NCBI GenBank assembly: GCA_002269645.1
Contig: NIVC01000513.1
Span: 186,001 to 250,000 of the forward strand
Reading direction: 5' to 3'
Length of the DNA: 64,000 bases
Source: Macrostomum lignano
Taxonomy: Eukaryota
Part shown: positions 1 through 12,585 of the stretch, piece after piece
How positions within the stretch are numbered: position 1 is the stretch's first letter
How the letters are laid out: the number at the start of each line of letters is the position of its first letter
Program-made: the position numbers and the translations under genes
The notes under the pieces: generated by a model
Seen by the model: only the letters and a program-made list of their open reading frames with translations
What the model was told of the DNA's origin: nothing
The model's database searches: none

Positions 1-1190
1 TTCTGATCCAGGAGTCCAAACTGCTCCTGCAGGACCCCACCCCTTGCCTCCATGGTTACGCCGCAGTTCGGGTAGACCGCAAGCAGCCGGATGGTGGAGG
101 TGGGCTGCTCACATTCATCCGGGACTGTCTCGCATTCGAACGCAAGCTGGTGACGACCTGCGAGCCAATCGAAACCTGCCGCGTACGTATCTTCCTAAGC
201 TCTAAGAAATCCTTGGATGTGGATAACGTATACGTCCTGCCTGTCTATGGCGGCAAAGAACACAGCGAGGTACTCTGGTCAACCCTCCCAACAAACGCCA
301 ACCTGCTCGCCGGCAACTTCAATGCCCACTCGGCCATCTGGGACCAGACCCAACTGGCCAATGGTTGTGGCAACACCCTGCTGGACTGGGCCACTGAACA
401 TGGCTTGATGGTCATGAATAACGGCTCACCAACCAGAATTAACCGCGGTACAGGTGGCAAGAGCACGCCAGATGTATCGCTTTGCCGCAACGCTTGGCAT
501 CACTGCACCTCTTGGAGTACCCTCGACGACCTCAGCTCCGACCACCTCCCAATCGCCATCCACCTCCGCTGCACCACCAAGAATCTCCATTGTCAGACCA
601 GGACTTTCTAGAGAAGCACCGGGGTAGACTGGATAGCATTTGCCCAGGACGTCGACTCCCAAGTCGCCACCTTCAAAAGCACCGGCGTCTCATTCAAACA
701 ACGAGCCAGCCGCCTCACGGAGGCCATCATAGCATCGGCATACTGCCATGTGGGGAAAAAGTCCTCCAACAACCAGCCCGGCCCTGGCTCTCCCAGGAGG
801 CTTGCGAGGCCATCCGCAAGCGCAATTGCCTCAGCAGAGACGTCGGTAACCGCCGTGCCAAATGGCTCCAAGCCTGTGCAGACGCCACTACACTCTCCTG
901 CAAGAGCAAGGAATAGAGCTGGCGGGAATTCCTGTGCGACACCGACCTATTCCAAGATGCCACCAAGGCCTGGCACCTTGTCCGCAGCCTTAGTGGTACC
1001 CCAGGCGATAACACCACTAATGAGGCCCTGTCCATCAGAGACAAAACCTACTGCAACAATGCGAGTAAGGCTGAGATCTTCATCAAGCACTACAAGGCGG
1101 TCAACCGTCTCCACTTCAACAAAGCTGACTGCGCCATCAACTGCTCTGCTAAGTCTGCCGTATGCGCCTACGACACCAACCAGGAGGCTG
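1..1190 (+). mobile_element. Decayed LINE (non-LTR retrotransposon) ORF2 fragment: APE-type endonuclease plus linker, truncated before RT
   Basis: Frame from nt 3 reads LIQESKL...GGGGLLTFIR...NVYVLP...LLAGNFNAHSAIWD...TRINRGTGGKSTPDVSL...SDHLPI (Exo-endo-phos motifs; GDFN changed to GNFN). It continues through stops and frameshifts as PWLSQE...SWREFL...AWHLVRSL...KAEIFIKHY, the usual EN-RT linker. Runs off the window start and ends at a minisatellite. Confidence 0.9.
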
Positions 1191-1455
1191 AAGAGTGCTT
1201 GCTATCTGGGGTTGCTTGCTATCGAGGGGATGCTTGCTATCTGGAGGATGCTTGCTATCTGCGGGATACTTGCTGTCTATCTGGGGGATGCTTACTATCT
1301 GGGGTCTGGGGGAATGCTTGCTATCTGGGGATGCTTGCTATTTGGGGTTGCTTGCTATTGGGGGGATGCTTGCTACCTGGGGGATGCTTGCAGTCTGGGG
1401 GATGCTTGCTATTTGGGGATCGATGCTTGAATGCTGTCTGAGGATGCTTGCTGTC
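1190..1455. repeat. Minisatellite, ~18-bp unit GGATGCTTGCTATCTGGG
   Basis: Degenerate tandem copies visible directly. Confidence 0.9.
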
Positions 1456-4140
1456 TTGGGATGTTTTGTTTTTAGAGGGAATGTCTATTGTTGTTTTTTG
1501 AAGGCTTTATTTCGCTGTCTATTTGTTATTTGTAAAAAACAAGGATTCTATCCAGATGTCCCCCACTGGGGGGCAAAGATTGCTAGTAAATTGCTAAAAA
1601 TTAAAATCGAGGAGAGTGCAACAAAAATAATATTTTCATAAAAATTCCCAGCTATTCTTTTTATTAGAAAAAGGAAATAATAATTTGATAAAAATAAATC
1701 AAAGATAACAATAAATTTTATATCAAGATATAAAATAAATAGATCTAATCGACATAAATGGCAAAATGACAAACCATTGACTAAAACAGTAACTGTTTAA
1801 ATAGCCTTAGAAGTAGCCTAGTACTAGGCCTAGTAGGCATGAATCAAAACTTATTCAAAAGAAGTTACTTTCGAGAGCGCGCAGTTGAAAAAAAGATGTG
1901 TTTGAGCGTGCGATAACATTCAAATCTATTACTTTTAAGCCGGCGTTTCATTTATGCGTAGTAAAGCTCAGCTTAATACTAAAATTTACTGTTTGCTTCG
2001 TTTAACAACCATGGTCATGGATAGTATTTTGTAAACGTGATATGAATTTAAACATGATCAGTTAAATAATGATCACGATCACAAAGAGGACAAAGAGGAC
2101 CCGATCTTAACCCTAATTTCTAGTTTAATCATAAATATTGACAGTTGGACTAGGAATTTAACTAAACGTAGGCTACGCAATTCGCACTTTTTCAGCGGAA
2201 TTTTAATTTATTGAAAGTGCTAGTTACGTTAAAATTGGAATAACAAAGTTTTTAATATTAAATTAGGCCAGCTAATGCAGTTTTCTTTAAAGTATTTAAA
2301 AATTTTGCTTTATTTTATTTTGTTTATTTAAAGTTTGAATAACTTACAAATATATTTTAAGCAATGTTGAGTTTAATTTGTTTATTTTCTGTGAAAATAT
2401 TGCATTGGCCGTAAAGTAAAGTTGCTAAAAATTACATCGATGGATAGACCAATTTAAGAAGAAAAAATGTACTCCAAATGCGGCAAATCATCCATTTTTT
2501 TACCATGGCGTGACTTGATTAAACCGAAAAGTCAAAAACAATAAAAAGCAAAAAATTATACTTGGTAGGTATAGTAAAAATGTGCAATTAAGGTAAAGGC
2601 ACTAAGGTCACTTGATCTAATTATAAAAAATTAAAAGCTTAGTTTTACTATCATTTTCTGATATTTTTAAATTATTGGACTTCTTTATAAGTTTATGTTG
2701 AAAAAATACTTTCAATTTACCAATTTTTAGAAATTTTCACTGGACACTTAGCCTAGGCTAGGCCTAGGGCACTAAAATCATCTAGTAAAATGCTGGCACT
2801 GAAAAGCATGGGCACCAAAATGCATGTGAACTATATATTGCATTTATAAATGAACATTTTTAAATACAAAAATATAAAGTTAACTTGTACTGTCTTACAT
2901 ATAAAATGAAGAAAGTAAGCCTGCTAGTATTCAATCCTAGTCTAGTGACTAGTCCTAGATGCAACTGCTAGTGGATCTAGGCAATCTGGCCATTTTAAAT
3001 TGTGGTGAAGATGGACCTAGGGTAAGTTGCAAAAAATTCCCACCTAGAATAGAAAATACAGATTATATTATATAGATTACAAAACATTTGGCCTTAATAA
3101 GACAATTATAATTACTTCTGCTATTTATTTAAAACTGTGTTAATTTTTGCTTTTGGTCTATAGGGTTTTTCATAAGCCTAAGTAAGTTACATTTTTGGTA
3201 AAAAAATAAGTTGCATAGCTAGCGTAAATCAGGGGTATCGCACATGTATGGTCTTCTATAATAATACCTTGTGTTGAATGATTTATTTAGTTGTATGTAT
3301 ATATAATTATTCATCAATAATATAATATGTATTTGAGTTTGCATTAATAAAATCAATATCTGTAAAGAATCTCTTTATTAGTAATACTTTGAAATATTGG
3401 CAGCTATCATTTTGTCAAATCAAATTACTAGTAAATGGATTTAAAATCATTTAGCAAAAAAATATGCAGCTATTACTTGATTGCTTTAACTTTATTATTT
3501 TTTAAAGGGAAAAAATCTTATTTAATAGGCCTATTTATTATTAAAGTAGGCCTAGGCATATATGTGTTCCTCTCTTTTAGTTAGGCCTATATTATAGTAT
3601 GTTAGAGAGTTTGATATACATTGATTTATATACATTTCTATTCAAGGCAAAGTGCCAAAATCATAAAAAATTTGGATTCACAAAAATTTCAATATATAAA
3701 GGATGGGTTACATTTAGTTTGCTATCCTTAGCCTTGGCCTAGGCCTATAAAATTATTGTTATAATAAATTTGACAAATATCTAGTTGATCATATCTTTTA
3801 AAAAATATATATTTTGAATGAATTAATCATTCATTGAATTGAATTAGAATTGCTTTAGCAAATAGAATAATCTTATTAATATTGTTGGCTATTTGCAAAA
3901 AAATATCCCTTTCTGTTTTCAATATGGCAATTGCTCTTGCCAAAATGTTTAATTATTCTTAAATTTTCATTGAAGTATTGATTACCAAAAGTTTATATTG
4001 CTCAAATGATTGGTAGCTAATTGGCATTAGGATGCTTTCTATCTTTAGTTCATACTAGCACACTAAGTCTCTATGGCGGGTATTTAAATAGGCCTATAAA
4101 ATTCAAAAAATTAAAGCATTATAAAAATTGTTTTTTAATA

Positions 4141-4878
4141 TAGGGTGTCTCTATAATTTTCATTTTTGATTTCTAGGTTTTTCCAAAACTTTTCCAAGTT
4201 ATCTCTAGTTATTTCTAGGTAAGATTTTATAGGTTTTAGTTAATTTTTAGTTTTTTATAAAAAGCAAACAAATATTGAATTTTAGATGCCAGTTCAGAAT
4301 ATCATATAAGAAAAATTGATTGTTTCAAGCTTTTAAAAATATTTAGTGCATAAAAATCAAATTAGTAACTAAGCAAGTTTTTAGAAGTAAGTTTGTAGAA
4401 ATTGTTAGCATGAGAGTTTAGCTTGCTCTATTCATTTCTTCTGAGTGAGCATTTTGTGCAGCTTTAAGACACAAGGTTAAGCCTCAGTTCTCTTTACCAA
4501 AAGTGCTTGTCTTTTAGCTTCTATTTCTTGTTCCTTGTATACAATCTCTTTAGATGTTCTTCTTTTTTAGACACTTTCTAGCATTTTGCTCTTCATTCTT
4601 CTTGTTGTCTAGGGCATTGCAGTAATGCTATTTGGCCATTTGGATGCTCAAAAATTAGTGGCTTGGATAGAGCAGTATTCATTAGAATACTAGCAGCTCT
4701 AATTGCATATTGAACAAGGACACAAGGTGCATAGACACCAGTGACTTTTGCTTATGGAACTTAAACAATAAGCTTACATTTTTCACTGATCCAGGTTTTT
4801 CATTGAATTCTAGGTTATTATCATTTTTTCAGTTTTTAAGGGATTTTTTTAGGTTATTCTAGGTTGCAGACACCTTGC
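4141..4878. mobile_element. Possible degenerate TIR (MITE/hAT-like) element
   Basis: Left TAGGGTGTCTCTA versus reverse complement of the right end CAAGGTGTCTGCA (9/13 match); TTCTAGGTT subterminal repeats near both ends. No clear TSD. Confidence 0.35.
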
Positions 4879-5271
4879 AGATATCTTAATAACCACATCT
4901 AAATCTAATTTTTCATAAATTGAAATTTTATATAATAAGCAAACATGCCCCCCAATCACCTCTATGGTTGGTTTTTTCAATTGAAAATTCAAACATTGAA
5001 AGCATTGAAAACACTTTTTAAATGTTAAAAAACTTAAAAAACACTTTTTTAAGACACTAGCTTTTCTAACTCTAAGCTTTGTGCATACCTGATAATTAAA
5101 AACTTTGTTTAAAAAATGAAAAGTTGAAAAGCTAAATTATTAATGTAAACTTGAGATTTCAATTTTGTCTTCTAGCATGTCCCAATATTAGTGATAGAAA
5201 ACTAGACAAGCTTATTATTATTGTTTTATATTTTGATATCAAAGAAGTTCAACTGAAAATAGCAGTACACA

Positions 5272-5709
5272 ATGTTCTTCTTTCAGGCTTCTAGAATAAG
5301 TTTATTCATTTCTGCAGCCAGGCGTGGTCTCTGCAGTGATGCATTCGCAGGCTACCAGGGTCCCATTGCCTGTCGCATTCAGTCCAGCCTCCAATCCTCA
5401 TCAGAGCTGCGCCCAACTCATTTAAAAATTATCAACGAATCAGCTGGCCACGCAGTTGCCGATAGACACAGGGCTGAGACTCATTTTAAAGTGCTGATTG
5501 TTTCAAACCAGTTCGATGGTGTATCAGTAGTTAACCGGCACAGGTTGGTGAACAAAGTGCTGGCTAGTTATCTCGGCGGCTCGTCAAGTTCCGGCCGAGG
5601 TGGAATTCACGCGCTGAGCATTGATGCCAGAACACCCGACGAGTGGCTGAAAGAGGCTGAGGTATCTGGTTCGCCTCCTTGCATGGGCGGTGAAAGAAAG
5701 CAGAATTGA
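5272..5709 (+). CDS. BOLA1: BolA-like protein (BolA1 type, probably mitochondrial), single exon, 145 aa
   Basis: LRPTHLKIINESAGH...AETHFKVLIVSNQFDG...VNRHRLVNKVL...IHALSIDARTPDEW...SPPCMGG are the BolA family motifs. Confidence 0.93.
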   Translation: MFFFQASRISLFISAARRGLCSDAFAGYQGPIACRIQSSLQSSSELRPTHLKIINESAGHAVADRHRAETHFKVLIVSNQFDGVSVVNRHRLVNKVLASYLGGSSSSGRGGIHALSIDARTPDEWLKEAEVSGSPPCMGGERKQN

Positions 5710-5990
5710 ATGATTACATGCTGCACTCTGATATTTGAGTTCGCCTTAGGCTAAATACGTTGAGCTAATAGGATATCCAAGAGCGGTATTGCTTTAACCG
5801 CCGTGTGTATGTTTACATTTTCTCTCTAGCTCGGAAAGTTCAAACTCAACTAAGTCTTAATTATGAAGAAATGAATGTTCATTTGTAAAGAACTGCTTTC
5901 ATAAAACGGAATTTGACTGCATTTCATTGACTGTTATTCATTATTGTTCATTTATTATATATAATTCTGTTTGAATTAGGAACTGATGGC

Positions 5991-6870
5991 GCGGAGAGGC
6001 AGATTCTCAGGGACTGAGGGAGCGGAGAGGCAGATTCTCAGGGACTGAGGGAGCGGAGAGGTAGATTCTCAAGGACTGAGGGAGCGGAGAGGCAGATTCT
6101 CAGGGACTGAGGGAGCGGAGAGGCATATTCTCAGGGACTGATGGAGCGGAGAGACAGATTCTCAGGGACTGAGGGAGCGGAGAGGCAGATTCTCAGGGAC
6201 TGAGGGAGCGGAGAGGCAGATTCTCAGGGACTGAGGGAGCGGAGAGGCAGATTCTCAGGGACTGAGGGAGCGGAGAGGTAGATTCTCAAGGACTGAGGGA
6301 GCGGAGAGGCAGATTCTCAAGGACTGAGGGAGCGAAGAAGCAGATTCTCAAGGACTGAGGGAGCGGAGAGGCAGATTCTCAGGGACTGATGGAGCGGAGA
6401 GGCAGATTCTCAGGGACTGAGGGAGCGGAGAGGCAGATTCTCAGGGACTGAGGGAGCGGAGAGGTAGATTCTCAAGGACTGAGGGAGCGGAGAGGCAGAT
6501 TCTCAGGGACTGAGGGAGCAGAGAGGCATATTCTCAGGGACTGATGGAGCGGAGAGACAGAATCTCAGGGACTGAGGGAGCGGAGAGGCAGATTCTCAGG
6601 GACTGAACGAGCGGAGAGGCAGATTCTCAGGGACTGAGGGAGCGGAGAGGCAGATTCTCAGGGACTGAGGGAGCGGAGAGGCAGATTCTCAGGGACTGAG
6701 GGAGCGGAGAGGCAGATTCTCAGGGACTGAGGGAGCGGAGAGGCAGATTCTCAGGGACTGAGGGAGCGGAGAGGCAGATTCTCAGGGACTGAAGGAGCGG
6801 AGAGGCAGATTCTCAGGGACTGAGGGAGCGGAGAGGCAGATTCTCAGGGACTGAGGGAGCGGAGAGGCAG
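5991..6870. repeat. Minisatellite, 31-bp unit GCGGAGAGGCAGATTCTCAGGGACTGAGGGA (~28 copies)
   Basis: Near-perfect tandem array between BolA and the TPRG1-like gene. Confidence 0.97.
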
Positions 6871-7046
6871 ATAAAAAACCAGGTTCTAGTATACTGCCTA
6901 AACATCCTTGACGCTTAACCTAAACTTAATACATTCCAGCGCAGTTAATCTGTTTCTCAACTCTTAACTTTGATTCGAAAACGGACACAAGTTAATTATT
7001 CAATCAATACAATAACACTACTAACAAGCCAAGCCAAGTCAGTAGT

Positions 7047-9210
7047 ATGTCTTCGCCAACCGAAGCCAGCGTGCCGCAGGTGAACTTCCAAAGCTCCAAG
7101 CTGGAGATTGGCGATCCGGCCTACGGCGGTGCCGACTCTTATCCACAGGGCCAGCAGCAGCAGCAGCAGCCGCTTCCGCCGGAAGGCACCTCTCTGCTCG
7201 ACCCCACCTTGCTGGCCTGTCCACCGACCAGGGAGAGGTTTTTCGTCACCAAGCTGACACCTCAGGAGATCACGGACGCCTGCGTGACCGCCGCTGTGAA
7301 TGCCGAATCTGACGGGGCGGTGAAACAGCAGTTTGTGCTCACAGAAATCGACCACTGGAATAACAACTACGAGAAGGTTGTGCTGCTGTGCGAGAACTCC
7401 GTGCTGGCTATTAAATTCGATTTTGTTACCAGGAAGTTTAAGCACGCCAAGAGGATTCTGCTGTCCTCTGTTGTTAAAGTGAGCTTTGCTCTTCTCTGTT
7501 ATGTAGTTTGAACTGCTTGACTTGATGAATGGGGATTTATGGCGGATGGGGTGGGGATTTGAGGCAAGTGGGGTGGGGATTTGAGGCAAGTGGGGTGGGG
7601 ATTTGAGGCAAGTGGGGTGGGTATTCGAGGCGGATTGGGTGGGGATTCGAGGCGGATGGGGTGGGTATTCGAGGCGGATGGGGTGGGGATTCGAGGCGGA
7701 TGTGGTGGGGATTCGAGGCGGATGTGGTGGGGATTCGAGTCAGATTGGATAGGGTGGGGATTCGAGTCAGATTGGATAGGGTGGGGATTCGAGGCGGATG
7801 GGGTGGGGATTCGAGTCAGATTGGATAGGGTGGGGATTCGAATCAGATTGGATAGGATGGTGATTCGAGTCAGATTGGATAGGATGGTGATTCGAGTCAG
7901 ATTGGATAGGGTGGGGATTCGAGGCGGATGGGGTGGGGATTCGAGGCGGATGGGGTGGGTATTCGAGGCGGATGGGGTGGGGATTCGAGGCGGATGGGGT
8001 GGGGATTCGAGGCGGATGGGGTGGGGATTCGAGGCGGATGGGGTGGGGATTCGAGGCGGATGGGGTGGGGATTCGAGGCGGATGGGGTGGGGATTCGAGG
8101 CGGATGGGGTGGGGATTCGAGGCGGATGGGGTGGGGATTCGAGGCGGATGGGGTGGGGTTTCAATTCAGATTGGATAGGGTGGGGATTCGAGGCGGATGG
8201 GGTGGGGATTTGAGGCGGATGGGATAAAAAAGGTGAATAGGTGTTAGATATGTTATATTATATCATGTTAGCTGTATTGAGTATTTAGGAACCGCATACA
8301 ATGATTTAGTGGAGGTAGAAGATACACTTTGGATATAAGGTGTACAACAAATTCAAATTCAAAGCCGGCTGGTTTTAAAAAGAAAAAATATTCAGATATT
8401 CAGCATACAGAATCAGCTTTTTTAATTCTAAAAAATGAAGTTCTACATATGTCTGGTTAATGCTGACTAATGAGTTAGCTGAGGTCTCAACCATACGTGC
8501 TGCTTATGCTGTGCTAGCCATTTTCTGTCAGTCAGTCAGTCAGTCGGTGATCTCTCTCCTTTCCGCTGTATAATTGCATATATGTATGTGCGAGCCAGCC
8601 AAGATAGGAAAGAGAGTCTATGCATAGTTCAATTTTAATGTTTGCACAGGCTCTGAGCAATACATGTACCCGAGTATGAGCCACGCATGTATCGCATGTA
8701 TGCATTGTTGTAATACATGTCTTAATGTTTCGATACATATCGGCGTTATTTAATGTTTCGATACATATCGGCGTGATTTAATGTTTCGATACATATCGTT
8801 TACTAATCGAATCCATCCACTACCCGCGCATCCAGCTGGCCATGGGCGAAGTCGTGTTCCCCGGCCGGACGATGGCCGATCCGCGTCGGCACGGCGCCGC
8901 CCGCATTTTCTGGGGCGACCCCGGCCAGGTGGCTCTCAGCACTCGCTGGAACCCGTTCAGCTCTGACAACATCCCCTACCTGACCCTGGCCCACCACCCG
9001 CTGCACTACTGCGACCAAGACCGTGGCGACGCCATCTACGATGTTGACGCGTTCTTTATTGAACTGGCCAACGTTATTCGGCAACGCAGCCCGGGCGTCC
9101 CAATAGTGGCCGAGGCCCTGCCGATCAGCCTGATGCACGGCCTGGCCTCCACAGTGTTCAACCAGAGCGGCCTCGGCTACTCCAAGGACCGCAATGGAGC
9201 CAGCTTCTAA
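7047..9210 (+). CDS. TPRG1L: Tumor protein p63-regulated gene 1-like protein (hSac2 domain), 2 exons, 268 aa
   Basis: Exons 7047-7478 and 8836-9210 (GTGAG donor at 7479; TACTAAT branch and CCAG acceptor; phase 0). Motifs LTEIDHWNNNYEKVVLL, IKFDFV, IFWG...STRWNPFSS..IPYLTLAHHP and C-terminal NQSGLGYSKDRNGASF match TPRG1/TPRG1L. Confidence 0.92.
7540..8222. repeat. Intronic minisatellite, 22-bp unit GGATTCGAGGCGGATGGGGTGG
   Basis: G-rich tandem array within the TPRG1-like intron. Confidence 0.95.
8720..8800. repeat. Short tandem triplication TTAATGTTTCGATACATATCG(GCG)
   Basis: Three adjacent copies just before the exon 2 acceptor. Confidence 0.85.
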
Positions 9211-10583
9211 CCGAACTTGTCTCTCTAATCAATGTTCACAGACTAAGAAAAGAGGGCCGATTGCTTCTTAATTTATTGTAGAGTAGAATAGCGAAAAACT
9301 CTATTTTGACTACTTAAAGTAAATCTTCTGTTTGAGACACTCCTATCCTGTGTAATCGCGTTTTTTGTTACTTTTAAACCGAGCCGAAAACAAATTCAAG
9401 TTACCAGAGAAATAATTATTAGTGCCAGCGCGTCCGTTTCAGAAATCGGAAAATTAGAAATTCAAAATGCCGCTGTTTTTTAACTTTTTTAAAGGTGTGA
9501 GTGTGTATTTTAACCGCATAATCGTTTCCTTGTTTTGAGATTGGATCCGCGCTGTCATTTAATACGTCTGCCTCCCAATTATCGTTGTTGTCAAACATTT
9601 TTCAAAGCTAATTAGTTTTTTCAGAGAAACTTCGAGTATGAAAGCTTATGTCATTTTAAAAGGTCACCATTTGGTGTTAAACAAAAATTATAAGCTTTCT
9701 TGGTTATTAGTTCTATTTTCTGTTTTAATATTAAAGTAGGGCATTGCTATTATGTATTGCCACTATTCTGCTCTCATATTATGCGTTTTCATATAGTCAG
9801 TGTGATGCGATTTCAGTTATTAGCCTTGTGCATTATTTATGATCATTATTTCCTTTCAAATAGCGATCTTTAAACCTGGGCTCGGCAAGAGAGGGGAGTG
9901 GAGGGGAGATGAGGGAACAATGCTGAGAAAAGACAGACTTTAAGCAGCCCGGATAGAGAGGTTTAGGGGGCGAGCCGGGCTTTGCCGACCGATGCTTTAA
10001 AGCAATAGTCGCCATGAATATCCTGTCTGTATCTAAATATAATAAATACATATGCTATTCATCATTATTAAACCTCTAATGCTACTGTTCATATTATAAT
10101 TAAATTACCTTTCCTTGTGATAACAGTATAAATGCTTTATTCAATTAACTAATACACATTTATTCAGCAAAATAAAAAGGGACAAAAACAAACCATTTTA
10201 CAAAAATTCTGCTTTTTCAAATTCAACTATTAATGAAAAGTGTATTATTTTGTTCGATACATGGAGACAGGTAAATGCATCAGATAAGAGAAGAGAAATA
10301 AAAAGCAGAATTCAGTGTCTTGTTAATTGAATGCACACCCTTCTGCGGGTCTACCTCGAAGAAAGCGGTACCTAGGGCAAAGAAGAGTCAGTTTGAAGCG
10401 TTTTATTGTCTGCGACTCTGGGCTGGGTCCGTACAGTCGTATCTGAGGCGTGCTAGAATCACTGAGTTGCGTCTAAAGTGCATCTGCCTCATTTTATAAA
10501 TTAGAATCGAATTTCGTATTTTTATCAACTGTGTTTGGTCTACTTGAGTTAGTAGAAACTAGAAAGATAAGTACTAACACAAC

Positions 10584-12269
10584 CAGGGGCGTCGCCATGG
10601 ATTTTATGGTGGGGGGACAAAGAAAATTATACATGTACATTATTTTCAGAATCGGTGTTGTCAGCACTCATTTTAGCGCCTCGGGCACTCATTTTAGCGC
10701 CGCAGGCACTCATTTTAGCGCCGCAGGCACTCATTTTAGCGCCTCAGGCACTCATTTTAGCGCCGCAGGCACTCATTTTAGCGCCGCAGGCACTCATTTT
10801 AGCGCCGCAGGCACTCATTTTAGCGCCTCAGGCACTCATTTTAGCGCCTCAGGCACTCATTTTAGCGCCTCGGGCACTCATTTTAGCGCCGCAGGCACTC
10901 ATTTTAGCGCCTCAGGCACTCATTTTAGCGCGGCAGGCACTCATTTTAGCGCCTCAGGCACTCATTTTAGCGCCGCAGGCACTCATTTTAGCGCCTCGGG
11001 CACTCATTTTAGCGCCGCAGGCACTCATTTTAGCGCCTGGGGCACTCATTTTAGCGCGGCAGGCACTCATTTTAGCGCCACAGGCACTCATTTTAGCGCC
11101 GCAGGCACTCATTTTAGCGCCTCGGGCACTCATTTTAGCGCCTCGGGCACTCATTTTAGCGCCGCAGGCACTCATTTTAGCACCGCAGGCATTCATTTTA
11201 GCGCCTCAGGCACTCATTTTAGCGCCTCAGGCACTCATTTTAGCGCGGCAGGCACTCATTTTAGCGCCTCAGGCACTCATTTTAGCGCCGCAGGCACTCA
11301 TTTTAGCGCCTCGGGCACTCATTTTAGCGCCTCTGGCACTTATTTTAGCGCCTCAGGCACTCATTTTAGCGCCGCAGGCACTCATTTTAGCGCTGCAGGC
11401 ACTCATTTTAGCGCTGCAGGCACTCATTTTAGCGCCTCGGGCACTCATTTTAGCGCCGCAGGCACTCATTTTAGCGCCTCAGGCACTCATTTTAGCGCCT
11501 CAGGCACTCATTTTAGCGCGGCAGGCACTCATTTTAGCGCCGCAGGCACTCATTTTAGCGCCGCAGGCACTCATTTTAGCGCCGCAGGCACTCATTTTAG
11601 CGCCTGGGGCACTCATTTTAGCGCCTCTGGCACTCATTTTAGCGCCGCAGGCACTCATTTTAGCGCCACAGGCACTCATTTTAGCGTCACAAGCACTCAT
11701 TTTAGCGCCTCAGGCACTCATTTTAGCGCCTCTGGCACTCATTTTAGCGCTGCAGGCACTCATTTTAGCGCCTCTGGCACTCATTTTAGCGCCTCAGGCA
11801 CTCATTTTAGCGCCGCAGGCACTCATTTTAGCGCTGCAGGCACTCATTTTAGCGCCTGGGGCACTCATTTTAGCGCCTCTGGCACTCATTTTAGCGCCTC
11901 TGGCACTCATTTTAGCGCCTGGGACACTCATTTTAGCGCTGCAGGCACTCATTTTAGCGCCTGGGGCACTCATTTTAGCGCCTCTGGCACTCATTTTAGC
12001 GCCTCAGGCACTCATTTTAGCGCCGCAGGCACTCATTTTAGCGCTGCAGGCACTCATTTTAGCGCCTGGGGCACTCATTTTAGCGCCTCTGGCACTCATT
12101 TTAGCGCCTCAGGCACTCATTTTAGCGCCGCAGGCACTCATTTTAGCGCCGCAGGCACTCATTTTAGCGCCGCCAGGCACTCATTTTAGCGCCGCCAGGC
12201 ACTCATTTTAGCGTCCAAATAGCGGCACTATGTTTTGTCGCCCTGTCCCCCCTGTTGGCGACGCCCCTG
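10584..12269. mobile_element. Non-autonomous TIR element (hAT/MITE-like) with a central 21-bp tandem array
   Basis: Perfect 14-bp TIR CAGGGGCGTCGCCA ... TGGCGACGCCCCTG; subterminal GGGGGGACA / TGTCCCCCC; flanking 8-mers AACACAAC and AACATGAC (6/8), a possible decayed 8-bp TSD. Confidence 0.8.
10664..12213. repeat. Minisatellite, 21-bp unit GGCACTCATTTTAGCGCC+NNN (~73 copies)
   Basis: Constant 18-nt core plus a variable 3-nt slot (GCA/TCA/TCG/TCT/TGG/ACA). Confidence 0.98.
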
Positions 12270-12362
12270 AACATGACGACTCTTTGGATTCTACAACTCA
12301 CGTGATGCGCTGCTGACTCAACAGTCGCCTCTCCGTTGCATTACAGTTATTTTATTCGTTAT

Positions 12363-12585
12363 GGGGTTGTAGCTTAGTAGTTATAGCGGCGGACTCACGA
12401 CTTGAAGGTCGGGGGTTCGAGTCCCGATCCCACTTGAACAATTTGTGTCCTTGAGCAAGACACTTAACTCTGCATTGCTTCAGTTCACCCAGCTGTAAAA
12501 TGGGTGCCAGCATTAGCTGGGGTAATTGTGGGTGTGTGTGGCGACCCCCCAGTCCTTGGACTGAACAGCCGTACGCAGCTTTCAG
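12363..12585 (+). mobile_element. tRNA-derived CORE-type SINE
   Basis: tRNA-like head GGGGTTGTAGCTTAGTAGTT (A box) ... GGTTCGAGTCC (B box), then TGTGTCCTTGAGCAAGACACTTAACTCT...CTTCAGTTCACCCAGCTGTAAAATGGG, closely resembling the MIR/CORE domain. Confidence 0.85.

Noticed and set aside
10531-12211. 552-aa GTHFSA-repeat ORF, or a CRISPR-like repeat/spacer array
   Set aside because: The open frames follow from a stop-free 21-bp unit inside a TIR element. The variable part is only 3 nt drawn from a few recurring variants, not unique spacers; there are no cas genes and the DNA is eukaryotic.
12363-12432. Functional tRNA-Val(CAC)
   Set aside because: The anticodon stem does not pair and the sequence runs straight into a CORE domain, so it is a SINE head.
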